A stretch of DNA of 64,000 nt from Acidobacteriota bacterium. Its GTDB lineage: Bacteria > Acidobacteriota > UBA6911 > RPQK01 > JAJDTT01. Within the stretch, counting starts at the first letter, position 1. The number at the start of each line of letters is the position of its first letter. Both the position numbers and the translations under genes were made by a program. The stretch is from assembly GCA_965263035.1 (NCBI GenBank), contig OZ253580.1, positions 4,000,001 through 4,064,000 on the forward strand, in the 5' to 3' direction. The notes below the pieces were generated by a model. The model had not been told where the DNA came from and did no database searches. It saw only the letters and a program-made list of their open reading frames with translations. This document shows, piece after piece, positions 1 to 9,608 of this stretch.

Positions 1-558
1 GCTCAACGCCTTTATCAGAGGAAGATTCCCGTCAAGCGCGGGCGCTTCAAGCTCCAGTTCGTGGTGCGGGAGGTGAAGGCGGAAAAGACCGGAACCTTGG
101 AGACCGTGGTCGTGGTGCCGGGTCCGTCGGAAAAGCTCCGGGGCACCATGGTGCTGGCGGACCGGGCAGCCCCGGTCCGGCCCGGAGAGTCCCTGGTGGA
201 CCCCTTCGTAGTCACCGAGGACCTGAAGGTGTATCCCAGCATCGATGGACAGTTCGCTCCCTCGGACCGGCTGGGCGTCTATCTGGAGGTTCACAATCTG
301 TCCCAGGACATGGCCACCCAAACGGCGGACGTGAAGTTCCGTTACAGCGTGGTCTCCAAGGATGGAACGCTCGTCGCCGATCTGGCCAAGGAGCTGGAGC
401 CGAGGCGGGTCGAGAACAACTCGGTCGTCAACGCATTCTTCGCCTTCCCCCTCCAGACCTTGGCGGCCGGAGAGTACTCGTTCCAGATGGAGGTGACGGA
501 CCTGATCTCGGAAAACCGTCTGCTGCTCAAGGACAACTTCCGCGTCGAAGCCAACTGA
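1..558 (+). CDS. C-terminal part of a probable GWxTD-domain/Ig-like envelope protein (5' truncated by window)
   Basis: Frame open from base 1 (AQRLYQRKIPVKRGRFKLQFVVRE...). DPFVV..LKVYPS...LGVYLEVHN and L..GEYSFQMEVTDLIS resemble the C-terminal beta-sandwich of acidobacterial GWxTD proteins. Confidence 0.6.
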   Translation, partial: AQRLYQRKIPVKRGRFKLQFVVREVKAEKTGTLETVVVVPGPSEKLRGTMVLADRAAPVRPGESLVDPFVVTEDLKVYPSIDGQFAPSDRLGVYLEVHNLSQDMATQTADVKFRYSVVSKDGTLVADLAKELEPRRVENNSVVNAFFAFPLQTLAAGEYSFQMEVTDLISENRLLLKDNFRVEAN

Positions 559-588
559 CCGGGTGGTTGACTGGCCCCTGGCTCGAGC

Positions 589-2484
589 ATGCGCCCGTTC
601 ATCGACAATCTGCCGGAGCGGATCTCCCGAGCCCTGGCGTGGGCGGTGGCGCTGCTGCTCGCAGGCGTGGCCTCCCTGACGGCTGCGGAGCCGCTGTCCA
701 CACCGTCGACCGGTCAGGGTCGTCCTTCCGCCCCTTCGGGAATCATCCTGATCACAGTGGACACGCTTCGGGCTGACCGGCTCGAAACCTACGGCTACAC
801 GCGGACACCGACTCCAGCGGTCAACGCCCTGGCTGCCGACGGCGTCCGGTTTTTGCAGGTCATCGCCCAGTCGCCGCTGACACTCCCTTCCCACTGCTCC
901 ATTCTGACCGGATCATTTCCCTACCACACAGGAGTCCGGGACCAGGCCGGGTTCAGCTTGAAGCCGGAGCATCTGACGCTGGCCGAGCGGCTCCGGTCCG
1001 AGGGGTATCGGACGGCGGCCTTCATCGGCTCCTCCGTCCTCAACGCCGGTACCGGGCTGGATCAGGGGTTCGACCTCTACTGGGATCTTCCTGAGCAGGG
1101 TCCTCCCGAACGGCGGGGCGGGGAAGTGATGGGCCGGGCGCTGGAGTGGATGTCTACCCAAGGTGACGGCCGGTTCTTTGCCTGGATCCACCTCTTCGAT
1201 CCCCATGCCCCCTATGCCGCTCCCGAGCCCTTCAAGAGCCGTTACCGGACTCGCCCCTACGATGGCGAGGTGGCCTACGTCGACTCGCTGACCGGCGACC
1301 TGGTCCGGCATCTGAAACAGCTTCGGCTCTACGATCGGACGCTCCTCGTCTTCACCAGCGATCACGGCGAGAGTCTGGGAGAGCACGGCGAATCGAGTCA
1401 CGGCATGTTCCTCTATGACGCCACCGTGCGGATTCCGCTCATCATCAAAGCTGCCGGCTCGACCTGGAAGGGCAAGGTGATCCGGGAACAGGTGAGGGGC
1501 GTGGATATCGCCCCGACCATCCTTCAACTGGCCGGTCTGCGGGTGGATGACCAGATTCAGGGTAGGGGTCTCCTCTCCCTGATCCGCGGGCGTTGGAACC
1601 AGCCGGGGCTGACCGCCTACAGCGAGACCTACTATCCGTACTACCACTTCCAGTGGAGTCCGCTCTTTTCCATGCGGGCTCGCGGCTTCAAGTACATCGA
1701 CGCGCCCCAGCCGGAGCTCTACGACTTGGCAAGGGACGCCGGAGAGCGGCGCAACATCATCGGGGAACGGCCCTCCATGGCGGCGTATCTGCAGGAGACG
1801 TTGGAAGGGGAGTACCAGAAGTTCTCCGCCGGCCGGGAAGAGCCTCCACAGCCGGAGCAGGTGGACCGCGCCACCACCGAGCGCCTCAAAAGCCTGGGCT
1901 ACCTGGGTTTTGCCGCGGGTACGGTGAAGCTCCCGTCCACCGAGGGACTGGCGGACCCCAAGGACCGGATCGGGCTCTACGAACTGCTCCAGCAGGCGTT
2001 CCAGGATTCGAAGGAAGGCCGTCTCATCGAATCCAACAGCAAGTTGAGGAAGGTAGTGGCCCTAGAGGAGGGTCTTATCGACGCCCACCTCTACCTGGGT
2101 CTGAACTCGGTGCAGATGGGGCAATTCAGCGATGCCGTCGAGGCCTTCAAGACTGTGCTCCGCCGCGATCCCAGCAACCTGATGGCTCTTTACAACCTCT
2201 CCCTCTCCTATCTCAATCAAGGCCGCCCCGAGGCAGCCGTGCCGGGCCTGGAACGGACCCTGCAGTTGGACCCGGAAGACGTGGCGGCCCGGGTCGCCTT
2301 GGGAAAGGCGTACCAGTTGGTCGGCAGGCTCGATGACGCCGTCGATGCGCTGGAGACGGCGGCCGCCGCCCGTCCCGATTTTGCCGATGCCCTGGACTTT
2401 CTGAGCCAGGCCTATGCCCAAAAAGGATGGACGTCCAAAGCCGAAACGGCGCGCCGGCGCGCCGACGCCGCGCGAAAACGCTGA
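589..2484 (+). CDS. Sulfatase-like alkaline-phosphatase-superfamily hydrolase with C-terminal TPR repeats
   Basis: Signal peptide, ILITVDTLRAD, TLPSHCSILTG, WIHLFDPHAPY, TSDHGE, LKSLGY; TPR-like helices in the last ~170 aa. Confidence 0.9.
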   Translation: MRPFIDNLPERISRALAWAVALLLAGVASLTAAEPLSTPSTGQGRPSAPSGIILITVDTLRADRLETYGYTRTPTPAVNALAADGVRFLQVIAQSPLTLPSHCSILTGSFPYHTGVRDQAGFSLKPEHLTLAERLRSEGYRTAAFIGSSVLNAGTGLDQGFDLYWDLPEQGPPERRGGEVMGRALEWMSTQGDGRFFAWIHLFDPHAPYAAPEPFKSRYRTRPYDGEVAYVDSLTGDLVRHLKQLRLYDRTLLVFTSDHGESLGEHGESSHGMFLYDATVRIPLIIKAAGSTWKGKVIREQVRGVDIAPTILQLAGLRVDDQIQGRGLLSLIRGRWNQPGLTAYSETYYPYYHFQWSPLFSMRARGFKYIDAPQPELYDLARDAGERRNIIGERPSMAAYLQETLEGEYQKFSAGREEPPQPEQVDRATTERLKSLGYLGFAAGTVKLPSTEGLADPKDRIGLYELLQQAFQDSKEGRLIESNSKLRKVVALEEGLIDAHLYLGLNSVQMGQFSDAVEAFKTVLRRDPSNLMALYNLSLSYLNQGRPEAAVPGLERTLQLDPEDVAARVALGKAYQLVGRLDDAVDALETAAAARPDFADALDFLSQAYAQKGWTSKAETARRRADAARKR

Positions 2485-2642
2485 TCCACTCGACCCGTAA
2501 TTTTCCGAACCAAATTTCTCTCAATCCTCATCTGGTGTTCTTGACCGGCAACCCTCCGGCGGCTACTCTTTGCGCGTTGAAACCGGGGCCGCGGTCGATC
2601 CGTCCGCGAGCTTTCACCCGTTCATAAGGAGGCAGGAATCGA

Positions 2643-3656
2643 ATGTATCTGACCAACGAGAAAGTCGTCGTTCTGGGCGCCGCCGGCGCCATTGGTTCCA
2701 ACCTGGTGCAGTCGCTGCTTCAGACCGGGACCGCCAATCGGATCTCCATGTACGACCCGATGGAGGGTCCGCTCAAGGGGTCGGCCGAAGAGATCTACCA
2801 CTGTGGATTCCCGGGAGCCCAGGTGACCTGGACCGTGGATGAAGCGGAAGCCCTCGCGGACGCTGCCTACATCATCACGGCAGGAGGCGCTCCCCGCCGG
2901 CAGGGGATGACCCGGGAGGACCTGCGCAAGGACAACTGCAAGATCGCCAGGAACCTGGGCCAACAGATCAAGCGGCATTGTCCGGCCTGTAAGCTGGCCG
3001 TCGTCATCTTCAATCCCGCCGACATCACGGGTCTCACCACACTGGTCCACTCGGGCCTGCCGGGGTCGGCGGTCGCCACCCTGGCCGCGTTGGACAGCAC
3101 CCGGCTCCAGAGTGCCCTGGCCCAACATTTCTCGGTCGCCCAGGACCAGGTGACCGGTTGCGCCACCTACGGGGGGCACGGCGAACAGATGGCCGTCTTC
3201 AAGGGCAGCATCGCCGTTGCAGGGACGCCCCTTGGCGAGATTCTCGATGGCGCCACCGTCGAGGGGCAGGGTCTGACGCCAAGCCAATGGACCGATCTAA
3301 AGCAGCAGGTCCGGGGGGGCGGCTCGGCTATCATCAAGCTGCGAGGGCGCTCTTCCTTCCAGTCCCCGGCCCACCTGAGCACTTCCATGCTCCGGGGACG
3401 TATCGGCGCCGACGAGTTCCCCTGGCCCTGCGGCACCTACGTCAATCGGGGCGAGTTCCGCCACATCATGATGGCCATGGACACGCGCTTCGGACCCGAC
3501 GGCCTCGAGTACTCGAGGCCCGAAGGAGACGCTGAGGACATGGCCGCACTCCGGAACTCCTACCAGCACCTGACGAACCTCCGGGACCAGACCATCGCCG
3601 ACGGACTTCTGCCACCGTTGGACGAGTGGAAGGACGTGAATCCGAACTTGGTGTGA
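2643..3656 (+). CDS. mdh: Malate dehydrogenase
   Basis: KVVVLGAAGAIGS Rossmann motif, GAPRRQGMTREDL, IFNPAD, LDSTRL, GGHGEQM; RBS AAGGAGG upstream. Confidence 0.9.
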   Translation: MYLTNEKVVVLGAAGAIGSNLVQSLLQTGTANRISMYDPMEGPLKGSAEEIYHCGFPGAQVTWTVDEAEALADAAYIITAGGAPRRQGMTREDLRKDNCKIARNLGQQIKRHCPACKLAVVIFNPADITGLTTLVHSGLPGSAVATLAALDSTRLQSALAQHFSVAQDQVTGCATYGGHGEQMAVFKGSIAVAGTPLGEILDGATVEGQGLTPSQWTDLKQQVRGGGSAIIKLRGRSSFQSPAHLSTSMLRGRIGADEFPWPCGTYVNRGEFRHIMMAMDTRFGPDGLEYSRPEGDAEDMAALRNSYQHLTNLRDQTIADGLLPPLDEWKDVNPNLV

Positions 3657-3657
3657 A
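3617..3657 (+). repeat. 41-bp direct repeat copy 1 (3' end of mdh)
   Basis: gttggacgagtggaaggacgtgaatccgaacttggtgtgaa; recurs at 4427-4467 with 3 mismatches. Confidence 0.95.
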
Positions 3658-3752
3658 GTGTTACGGTCGCTCGATACCGGGCGATCTTGGCACCGATTCC
3701 CCGTCTTTTCCGCTGCTCTGAGTTGGCGGGGGCGCAGCAGACAGAGCATCGT

Positions 3753-4094
3753 TCATACGGCCCCCAGCTCCTGTAGGAGCTTTCCCGTGACCAGTCTGAC
3801 CTGACCCGCCACCACCCGCCCCAGCTTGGAGGCAGCAGACGCGTCGATCGTCGCTATCTTGGCACTGCGGATGAGGGATGGGACGGGCAGGCCCGCCATC
3901 TTCAGGTCAGCAACCGAAACATCGTCGGGCCAGCCTCGGTTCTCGGCGCTGGTAATCATAACGATCCACAACAGGCCGTGTAGATCCTGAAGTCGAGCCG
4001 TCGATACCACCAAGGCTGGTCGCCACTGACGCGTCGCGCTGTCCGTGTACGGGAACGGAACCTTGACAACGTCACCTCGCTCAAAGGTTTGCAT
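3753..4094 (-). CDS. PemK/MazF-family toxin
   Basis: RGDVVKVPFPYTD...RPALVVS...MITS...GLPVPS.IR; overlaps upstream antitoxin. Confidence 0.9.
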   Translation of the reverse strand: MQTFERGDVVKVPFPYTDSATRQWRPALVVSTARLQDLHGLLWIVMITSAENRGWPDDVSVADLKMAGLPVPSLIRSAKIATIDASAASKLGRVVAGQVRLVTGKLLQELGAV

Positions 4095-4299
4095 AGGCCT
4101 TGGTGTCCGCTTCCGATCGCCATTCCTCGAAGGTGCGGAACGGGTCGTCCGTCGTGGCGCCTCGCCTCGCTTTGGTGAGGATTACTTGTCCATCAATGAT
4201 CTCGTACAACAGCTCGTCCCCGGGCTGCAACCCGAGCGCAGTGCGGATCGGAAGCGGGATGGTTGTCTGGGCCTTGGAAGTTAGCTTGCTGATGATCAT
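4081..4299 (-). CDS. AbrB/MazE-family antitoxin
   Basis: SKLTSKAQTTIP..IR.ALGLQPGDEL.Y swapped-hairpin pattern; acidic C-terminal tail. Confidence 0.9.
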   Translation of the reverse strand: MIISKLTSKAQTTIPLPIRTALGLQPGDELLYEIIDGQVILTKARRGATTDDPFRTFEEWRSEADTKAYANL

Positions 4300-4337
4300 G
4301 GCCCCCCCCTCCGTCTGTTCTGTCGGACTCCCCTATT

Positions 4338-4354
4338 GTAAGGAACTTCCTTAC
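4338..4354. promoter_or_regulatory. Palindromic operator of the MazEF-like operon
   Basis: Perfect inverted repeat GTAAGGAA-C-TTCCTTAC ~40 bp upstream of the antitoxin start. Confidence 0.7.
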
Positions 4355-4426
4355 TTGCTGTCACCTCTCCATGACATCACCTCTCGGAAGAGAGGAGAAG
4401 GGGACAGTCACTTTCTCTTGAATCCG

Positions 4427-4467
4427 GTTGGACGAGTGGAAGGATGTGAATCCGAATCTGGTGTGAA
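4427..4467 (+). repeat. 41-bp direct repeat copy 2 (orphan mdh 3' end)
   Basis: gttggacgagtggaaggatgtgaatccgaatctggtgtgaa encodes the same LDEWKDVNPNLV* as mdh. Confidence 0.95.
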
Positions 4468-4523
4468 CTGAGTGTTCCCGGGACCAGGCTGCTGCCAATC
4501 CCGCGAAGTGAATAGAGCTTGGC

Positions 4524-4891
4524 TCAGTGGACTCTGCCGGGTGAGAAGGCTTTCTCCTCCTCGTACCCATGGGTCAGGACGAAGAAGTACGACGGGCTCG
4601 GGCCCGCATCCGACTCGTGACCAGCTCGTAGAGGTTCTCGTTGTCGGTCTCTCCGGCCACCGCCTGGACGTAGCGAATCTCCTCGGATTTGACGAAAAGC
4701 TCGCCCAGCAGGAGCTTGCCCCGGAGAACCTGAACCAGCAACGTGCCGTCGGGCTCGCTGGCGAAATGCCAGTGGAGGTCCTCGTCGTCGTAGAGGACGG
4801 CGTTCATGGTCCCCGCCCTCAAGATGCAGTTGGGATGGGCGTTGAGCCATCTCCAGAATGCGTCGAACGTCATCGTAAAAGGAGCTTCCAT
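4524..4891 (-). pseudogene. Conserved hypothetical protein with a probable 1-nt frameshift near 4620
   Basis: Frame 1 gives MTFDAFWRWLNAHPNCILRAG...NLYELV. A protein-like tail ESDAGPSPSYFFVLTHGYEEEKAFSPGRVH* continues in the adjacent frame. Confidence 0.6.
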
Positions 4892-4949
4892 GGGGTTGAT
4901 GTTAACAGCCCGTCGTAAGCGTCGTCACGGCATGCGACCGGGTCTCCGG

Positions 4950-6194
4950 TTATCGCCGGAGCGCCGCGTCGACGCCCAGATATCCTGCCAGCAGGAAAAA
5001 AAGGAGGATGGAGGCCAGCACTACCGAGGTCCAGGGCCGGTTCCTGTAGCGGTGGCCGATCCATCCAGCCTTGCCGTTCATGCGCAGCAACGCGGCCGCC
5101 AGCATGGGGACGAAGAGCACCCCCACGATGGCATAGGTCTTCTGCATCCGGGCGAACCCGACCCACAGACCCAGCATCGGAATCGTGGCCATGGCGTACA
5201 TGTAACCCCGGTAGAATCTGGAGTCGCAGTCCACTCGACGGCGCTTGCCCGACCCCTTGACCCCCATCAGCGAGGTCAGATCCGTAAACAGGTACGGAAT
5301 GCTCTGCCACGCTCCCAGCAGGCTGCTGAAGATGGCTCCCCAGGCTCCCAACAGGAACGCCCATCCCCCCAAAGGACCCAGGGAGTCCGTCAGACGTTCC
5401 GCCAGGCGAATCAGCAAGGTGGCGCCGCCGCCCCCAACCTCGATCTGGCTGCCGATGATCACCATGGCCAGCCCGAACAGGGCCGTCACGACGTAGGCGG
5501 CGGCCAGATCGAGACGGCAGACTCTGAGCGCCTTCGTGCCGGTGCGCCCTTCCTCCTGGATCCAGTAGCCGTAGCAAAGAATGGTGACCGTTCCGCCCAC
5601 GCCCCCCATGAGGGCCAGCGTCCAACCCAGTCCCTGTCCGCTCGGCTGGGGAATGGCGGGCCACACCAGACCGGCGGCGACGTCCCCCCAATCGGGAGCC
5701 AGGAGAAAGGCGGAGATCACGACCGTGCAGAACATCAGGCCGATGCAGACTTTCATGACCCTTTCGAAGAGCCGGTAGCCCCCCAGGCGGACCATCAAGA
5801 CTCCGATCAGGCTCCACACGACCCCGTGGACGATCTTGCCGGTGGCCGGGTCGGAGTGGAGAGGCAGGAGGGCGTGGGAAGCCACCCCGCAGGCGCTCAT
5901 CAGCGCCGCCGCCACCAGGAAGCTCCAGACCACCAGGTATCCCAGGAAGAGGTATTGGACGGGGCGGCCCAGGCGATCCACGGCTCCTTCCACCAAGGTC
6001 TGGCCCGTAGCCAGTTGCCAGCGGGTGATCCCCTCGCTGAGGACGAACTTGAAGAAACTCCCGGCCAGCACGGCCCAGAGGATGGCGACCCCCAGCTTCG
6101 ATCCGGCGAAACCGGCGGTGGCCAGGTCGCCGGCGCCCACGCCGGTGGCCGCCACCAGAATTCCGGGTCCCAATATGGAGAGCGGATTTCTCAT
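4950..6194 (-). CDS. Nramp-family divalent metal transporter-like membrane protein
   Basis: LGPGILVAATGVGAGDL start; ~11 hydrophobic segments. Confidence 0.85.
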   Translation of the reverse strand: MRNPLSILGPGILVAATGVGAGDLATAGFAGSKLGVAILWAVLAGSFFKFVLSEGITRWQLATGQTLVEGAVDRLGRPVQYLFLGYLVVWSFLVAAALMSACGVASHALLPLHSDPATGKIVHGVVWSLIGVLMVRLGGYRLFERVMKVCIGLMFCTVVISAFLLAPDWGDVAAGLVWPAIPQPSGQGLGWTLALMGGVGGTVTILCYGYWIQEEGRTGTKALRVCRLDLAAAYVVTALFGLAMVIIGSQIEVGGGGATLLIRLAERLTDSLGPLGGWAFLLGAWGAIFSSLLGAWQSIPYLFTDLTSLMGVKGSGKRRRVDCDSRFYRGYMYAMATIPMLGLWVGFARMQKTYAIVGVLFVPMLAAALLRMNGKAGWIGHRYRNRPWTSVVLASILLFFLLAGYLGVDAALRR

Positions 6195-6268
6195 CTTGTG
6201 CCTCGCGCCAGTCTGCTACAGTGAGCGGCTGTTCATCGGATTTCCAGCCAATTTTTAAGGGGTTGAAT

Positions 6269-7810
6269 GTGAACCTGTCACCGGCCCGAGCTTTTCTGCT
6301 TGTTCCGATCCTCTGCGCTGCGGCGGCAACATCGGCCCCGGCGCAGGATTCCTACACTTATACGATAAGACCGGGCGTGCGCGAGCTGTTCCTGGACGAC
6401 TTCCATCTGGGAGCCGTCTACAACCTGGAGCGCCAGGTTCACGCCGTCGAGAAGCACCCCGGCGGGCCCGTAGTGCGGGCCGACCGTCCCTGGGAGAAGA
6501 CCCCCGCAGGCGAGAACACCTTCAGCGAGCTGGTGGAGTACTACGGTGCTCCCGGTTGGGACCCGGACGAAGGGGTCTGGAAGATGTGGTACGTCGTCGG
6601 CGACGGGCAACGGGCGGGGTTTGCCCGGTCACGGGACGGAATCCGCTGGGAGAAGCCGAATCTGGGCAAGGTGCAATACGAGGGATCCGGCGAGAACAAC
6701 CTGGTCATGGTCGAGGGAGATCCCAGGGCCCTGATCGTCCACGTGCTCATGGATCCGAACGCCCTGGCGGACCGCCGCTACGTCGGCTTGTGCTGGGTGG
6801 GGCGACGAGGCAGGGAGGCCATCGTGTCCTCCGACGGCTACGTATTCCGAAAGCTGGGGTACCCACCGATCCCGGGACAGGACACGTCCCATCTGAACTA
6901 TGACGAAAAAGGGGGACGTTACCTGCTGACCGTCAAGCATCCCGGCCCCTTCGGCCGCTCCGTCTATCTTTCGTTGAGCCGCGATCTGCGGGAGTGGACT
7001 CCCCACGAGCTCATCTTGCATGCCGACCTGCGGGATCAGGAGTTGGGACGGGAGCGGATCCGCACGCATTTGTCCGACCCCGGGCTCCACACTCCCACCT
7101 ACCATCGTCCCCAGGAGTACCGGACCGAGATCTACAACATGCCCGTCTTTCCCTACGAGAGCCTCTACATCGGGCTGCCCACCCTCTTCGAGGCCAGTGG
7201 CAACATCCCCCTGCCGCGGGGCAATCAGGACGGGTTCAACTCGGTCAAGCTGGCCAGCAGCCGGGATCTCAAACACTGGAACAAAGTGGGCCGGCGCGAG
7301 TCCTTCATTCCCGTCTCCCGGTTGTCGGAAGGACGGCTGGACACGGTGCAGGTCCTGGCCGCCTCCCGTCCGGTGGTGAAGGAAAAGGAGCTCTGGTTCT
7401 ACTATTCGGGCATCCAGGAACGGTTCACCCCCGACGGTGCCTATCACGGAGCCATCTTTCTGGCCAAGCTTCGGCGCGACGGTTTTGTCTCCTTCCGGGC
7501 CGGTGCCGAGGGAGGCTTCGTGGAGACTCGTCCGCTCCGGTTTCACGGAGACCGCCTGTTCTGCAACGTGGACGCCCGCGGCGGTGAACTGACGGTGGAG
7601 GTGGTGCCGCCGTCCAGAAGGAGAACCGAGTTGCAAGAGTGGGCCGGAAAGCGGTCTCGGCCCATCCGGGGGGACCGGCTGGAGGCGGAAGTGACGTGGG
7701 ATGGAAGAGACGACCTCCGGGAACTGAACGGCAAGGTCCTCCGTCTGCGTTTTCACCTCACGGACGCCGATTTCTACTCCTTCTGGTCGGAATCGGGTAG
7801 GAAGCCATAG
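6269..7810 (+). CDS. Secreted five-bladed beta-propeller glycoside-hydrolase-like protein
   Basis: Signal peptide, RELFLDD, WKMWY, ARSRDGIRWEKPNLG, LRRDGFVS; start (GTG) uncertain. Confidence 0.7.
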   Translation: MNLSPARAFLLVPILCAAAATSAPAQDSYTYTIRPGVRELFLDDFHLGAVYNLERQVHAVEKHPGGPVVRADRPWEKTPAGENTFSELVEYYGAPGWDPDEGVWKMWYVVGDGQRAGFARSRDGIRWEKPNLGKVQYEGSGENNLVMVEGDPRALIVHVLMDPNALADRRYVGLCWVGRRGREAIVSSDGYVFRKLGYPPIPGQDTSHLNYDEKGGRYLLTVKHPGPFGRSVYLSLSRDLREWTPHELILHADLRDQELGRERIRTHLSDPGLHTPTYHRPQEYRTEIYNMPVFPYESLYIGLPTLFEASGNIPLPRGNQDGFNSVKLASSRDLKHWNKVGRRESFIPVSRLSEGRLDTVQVLAASRPVVKEKELWFYYSGIQERFTPDGAYHGAIFLAKLRRDGFVSFRAGAEGGFVETRPLRFHGDRLFCNVDARGGELTVEVVPPSRRRTELQEWAGKRSRPIRGDRLEAEVTWDGRDDLRELNGKVLRLRFHLTDADFYSFWSESGRKP

Positions 7811-7949
7811 TCTCCGGAGGCGCTTCAGTTGGCGCCCCAAGCTGCTCCGGGATGAGGTTCGCTCGGCGCAAAGATGTCCTGCGCCGATGAGTGTGGGAAG
7901 AGACTGCGAATATTGAATCGTGGTCCGGATGGGAAGTCCGGCCCCTGGA

Positions 7950-9182
7950 TCAGCGCCGGCCCAGGAGTTGGGACAACTGGGACATGGCCGGATGAGCAGT
8001 CGATACGGCAGACGGCATGCTTTCATACCGATCCAGCAGTTCCGACTCAGCAAATAGTTGTGGCCAGTCCAGGTTGGCGGCGATTCGTCCTCCATCCAAC
8101 ATGACGGCGGATAGTTCCAACAGGCCGAACAGATCTCTCGCCATTGCGCGATCGGGATGCTTGAGACCCAGGTAAAGCGCTCGTCCCCGATTCACCAGGT
8201 CGCGCGGTTCTGTTGGGCCGGTGTCCAGCAGGATCTCCAGGATCTCCAGCTGGCGCTGGGCCAGAACTCGACGGCGAGGACTGCGTAGTTTCCCAAACAA
8301 CAATCTGGCGAATTCCCGGAACAGCACTCGCCGATGGTTGGTGGCGATGGCCTCGGCGACCACGTTGCATCTCTCGGCCACCGCCGGCAGCGCAAACTTC
8401 AGGAACGGCGTCAGATCGTGTCCGTTCTTCCGGGTTTCGTACAGAGCGGTCAGGTATTCGTCTTTGTGTTCGTAGTAGTAGTTGGACAGGCTGACCATGA
8501 TCACGTCGTTGATGCCGGCCCGCCGCAGCATGAACGCTTCCAGGGCACGGGCGGTGCGGCCGTTTCCGTCGCCGAAGGGGTGCATCGCGCCGATGTGGTA
8601 GTGAGCGGCGATGGCCTGAATGAGGCGGTCGTGGGGCCGAAACTCTCCGGCGATGGCGGCAGCGACGCCGTCGAAGGCGGCGCGGCATTCATGGCCGCCC
8701 TCAGCACCCCGGCGGCGTGGCGTCCCGAAGGTGACGTTGCACCCGTCTGGACGTGTCCTGCCCGGTTCGCAATGATCATCGTCGCATCCGGTCACGATGC
8801 GCCGGTGGATTTCCCGGATGAACTCGGCGCTTACCGGCTGTTCGGCGGGTCGCGAGCGCAGCCAGCGGTAGGTGGCGTCGGCGGCCCGCAGCTGACGTTG
8901 GGAATGGGTCAATCTAGTCGTCGCAGTCAAGGTGGGAGCGAGGGCTTCGTCCTGTTCGTGCTGCGTGAACTGGGCGCCTTCGATGCGCGAGGTGCCGGCC
9001 GCTTCCAATCGCAACTGCTCCTCGTGCACCTGCTCGATCCACTGGGGAAGATACGGCATCTGATTCAGAATGCCGCCGGCGGTTCTGGCCTCGATCAGCA
9101 GCTGGAAAACGGCAGAGGGGTCGTAGTGCACCCATCGCCGGGGGACCCTATAGCGACTGACGTTTTCAGCGGTCATTTCCAT
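7950..9182 (-). CDS. Fic-family protein (AMPylase)
   Basis: Canonical HPFGDGNGRTAR motif; N-terminal inhibitory motif TSRIEG; C-terminal wHTH-like region. Confidence 0.9.
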   Translation of the reverse strand: MEMTAENVSRYRVPRRWVHYDPSAVFQLLIEARTAGGILNQMPYLPQWIEQVHEEQLRLEAAGTSRIEGAQFTQHEQDEALAPTLTATTRLTHSQRQLRAADATYRWLRSRPAEQPVSAEFIREIHRRIVTGCDDDHCEPGRTRPDGCNVTFGTPRRRGAEGGHECRAAFDGVAAAIAGEFRPHDRLIQAIAAHYHIGAMHPFGDGNGRTARALEAFMLRRAGINDVIMVSLSNYYYEHKDEYLTALYETRKNGHDLTPFLKFALPAVAERCNVVAEAIATNHRRVLFREFARLLFGKLRSPRRRVLAQRQLEILEILLDTGPTEPRDLVNRGRALYLGLKHPDRAMARDLFGLLELSAVMLDGGRIAANLDWPQLFAESELLDRYESMPSAVSTAHPAMSQLSQLLGRR

Positions 9183-9481
9183 ATTATTTCTAGTTCATTT
9201 CAGGTTCATTTTTTTGGAACCCAACTATTTTAAGCTATTTAAACCAGTAATTGGTACATTCATCTCGGTCTCATTTCCAGTTCGTTTCGCTCTTGTTTCT
9301 GCCGTCTTCCAGGAATCGAGTCCGTGTTCCGAGAAATACCTTTCCTGGTGACCGTACTGTGACAGTCGGGACGTCGCGGGGAGACTCAGCGTTTGATAGG
9401 GTCCGATTCAACCGGAGGGCCGCCGCCCGGCCCGGCCATGAATTGCCGGAAGTTTGCTTGGACCTTCGTAGGGAGTTTCCG

Positions 9482-9583
9482 TTACGAGTCTCCGAGTTCG
9501 AAGAGCCGGAACTTCACGCGGTGCCCCGTCGGTCGTGCCAGTTTGGAGTCGCAAGTGACGATCGAAGCGTCGATTACCAGCAT
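9482..9583 (-). pseudogene. VapC/PIN toxin remnant with a large internal in-frame deletion
   Basis: MLVIDAS (PIN N-terminus) joined directly to IVTCDSKLARPTGHRVKFRLF (PIN C-terminus); lies downstream of an RHH antitoxin. Confidence 0.7.
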
Positions 9584-9608
9584 CCAAGTCGACCCTTGCA
9601 GGAGCTAG

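Noticed and set aside
3617-4467. Diversity-generating retroelement TR/VR pair (also considered for the 45.5-47.9 kb array)
   Set aside because: Mismatches are C/T synonymous rather than adenine-specific, and no reverse transcriptase is in the window.
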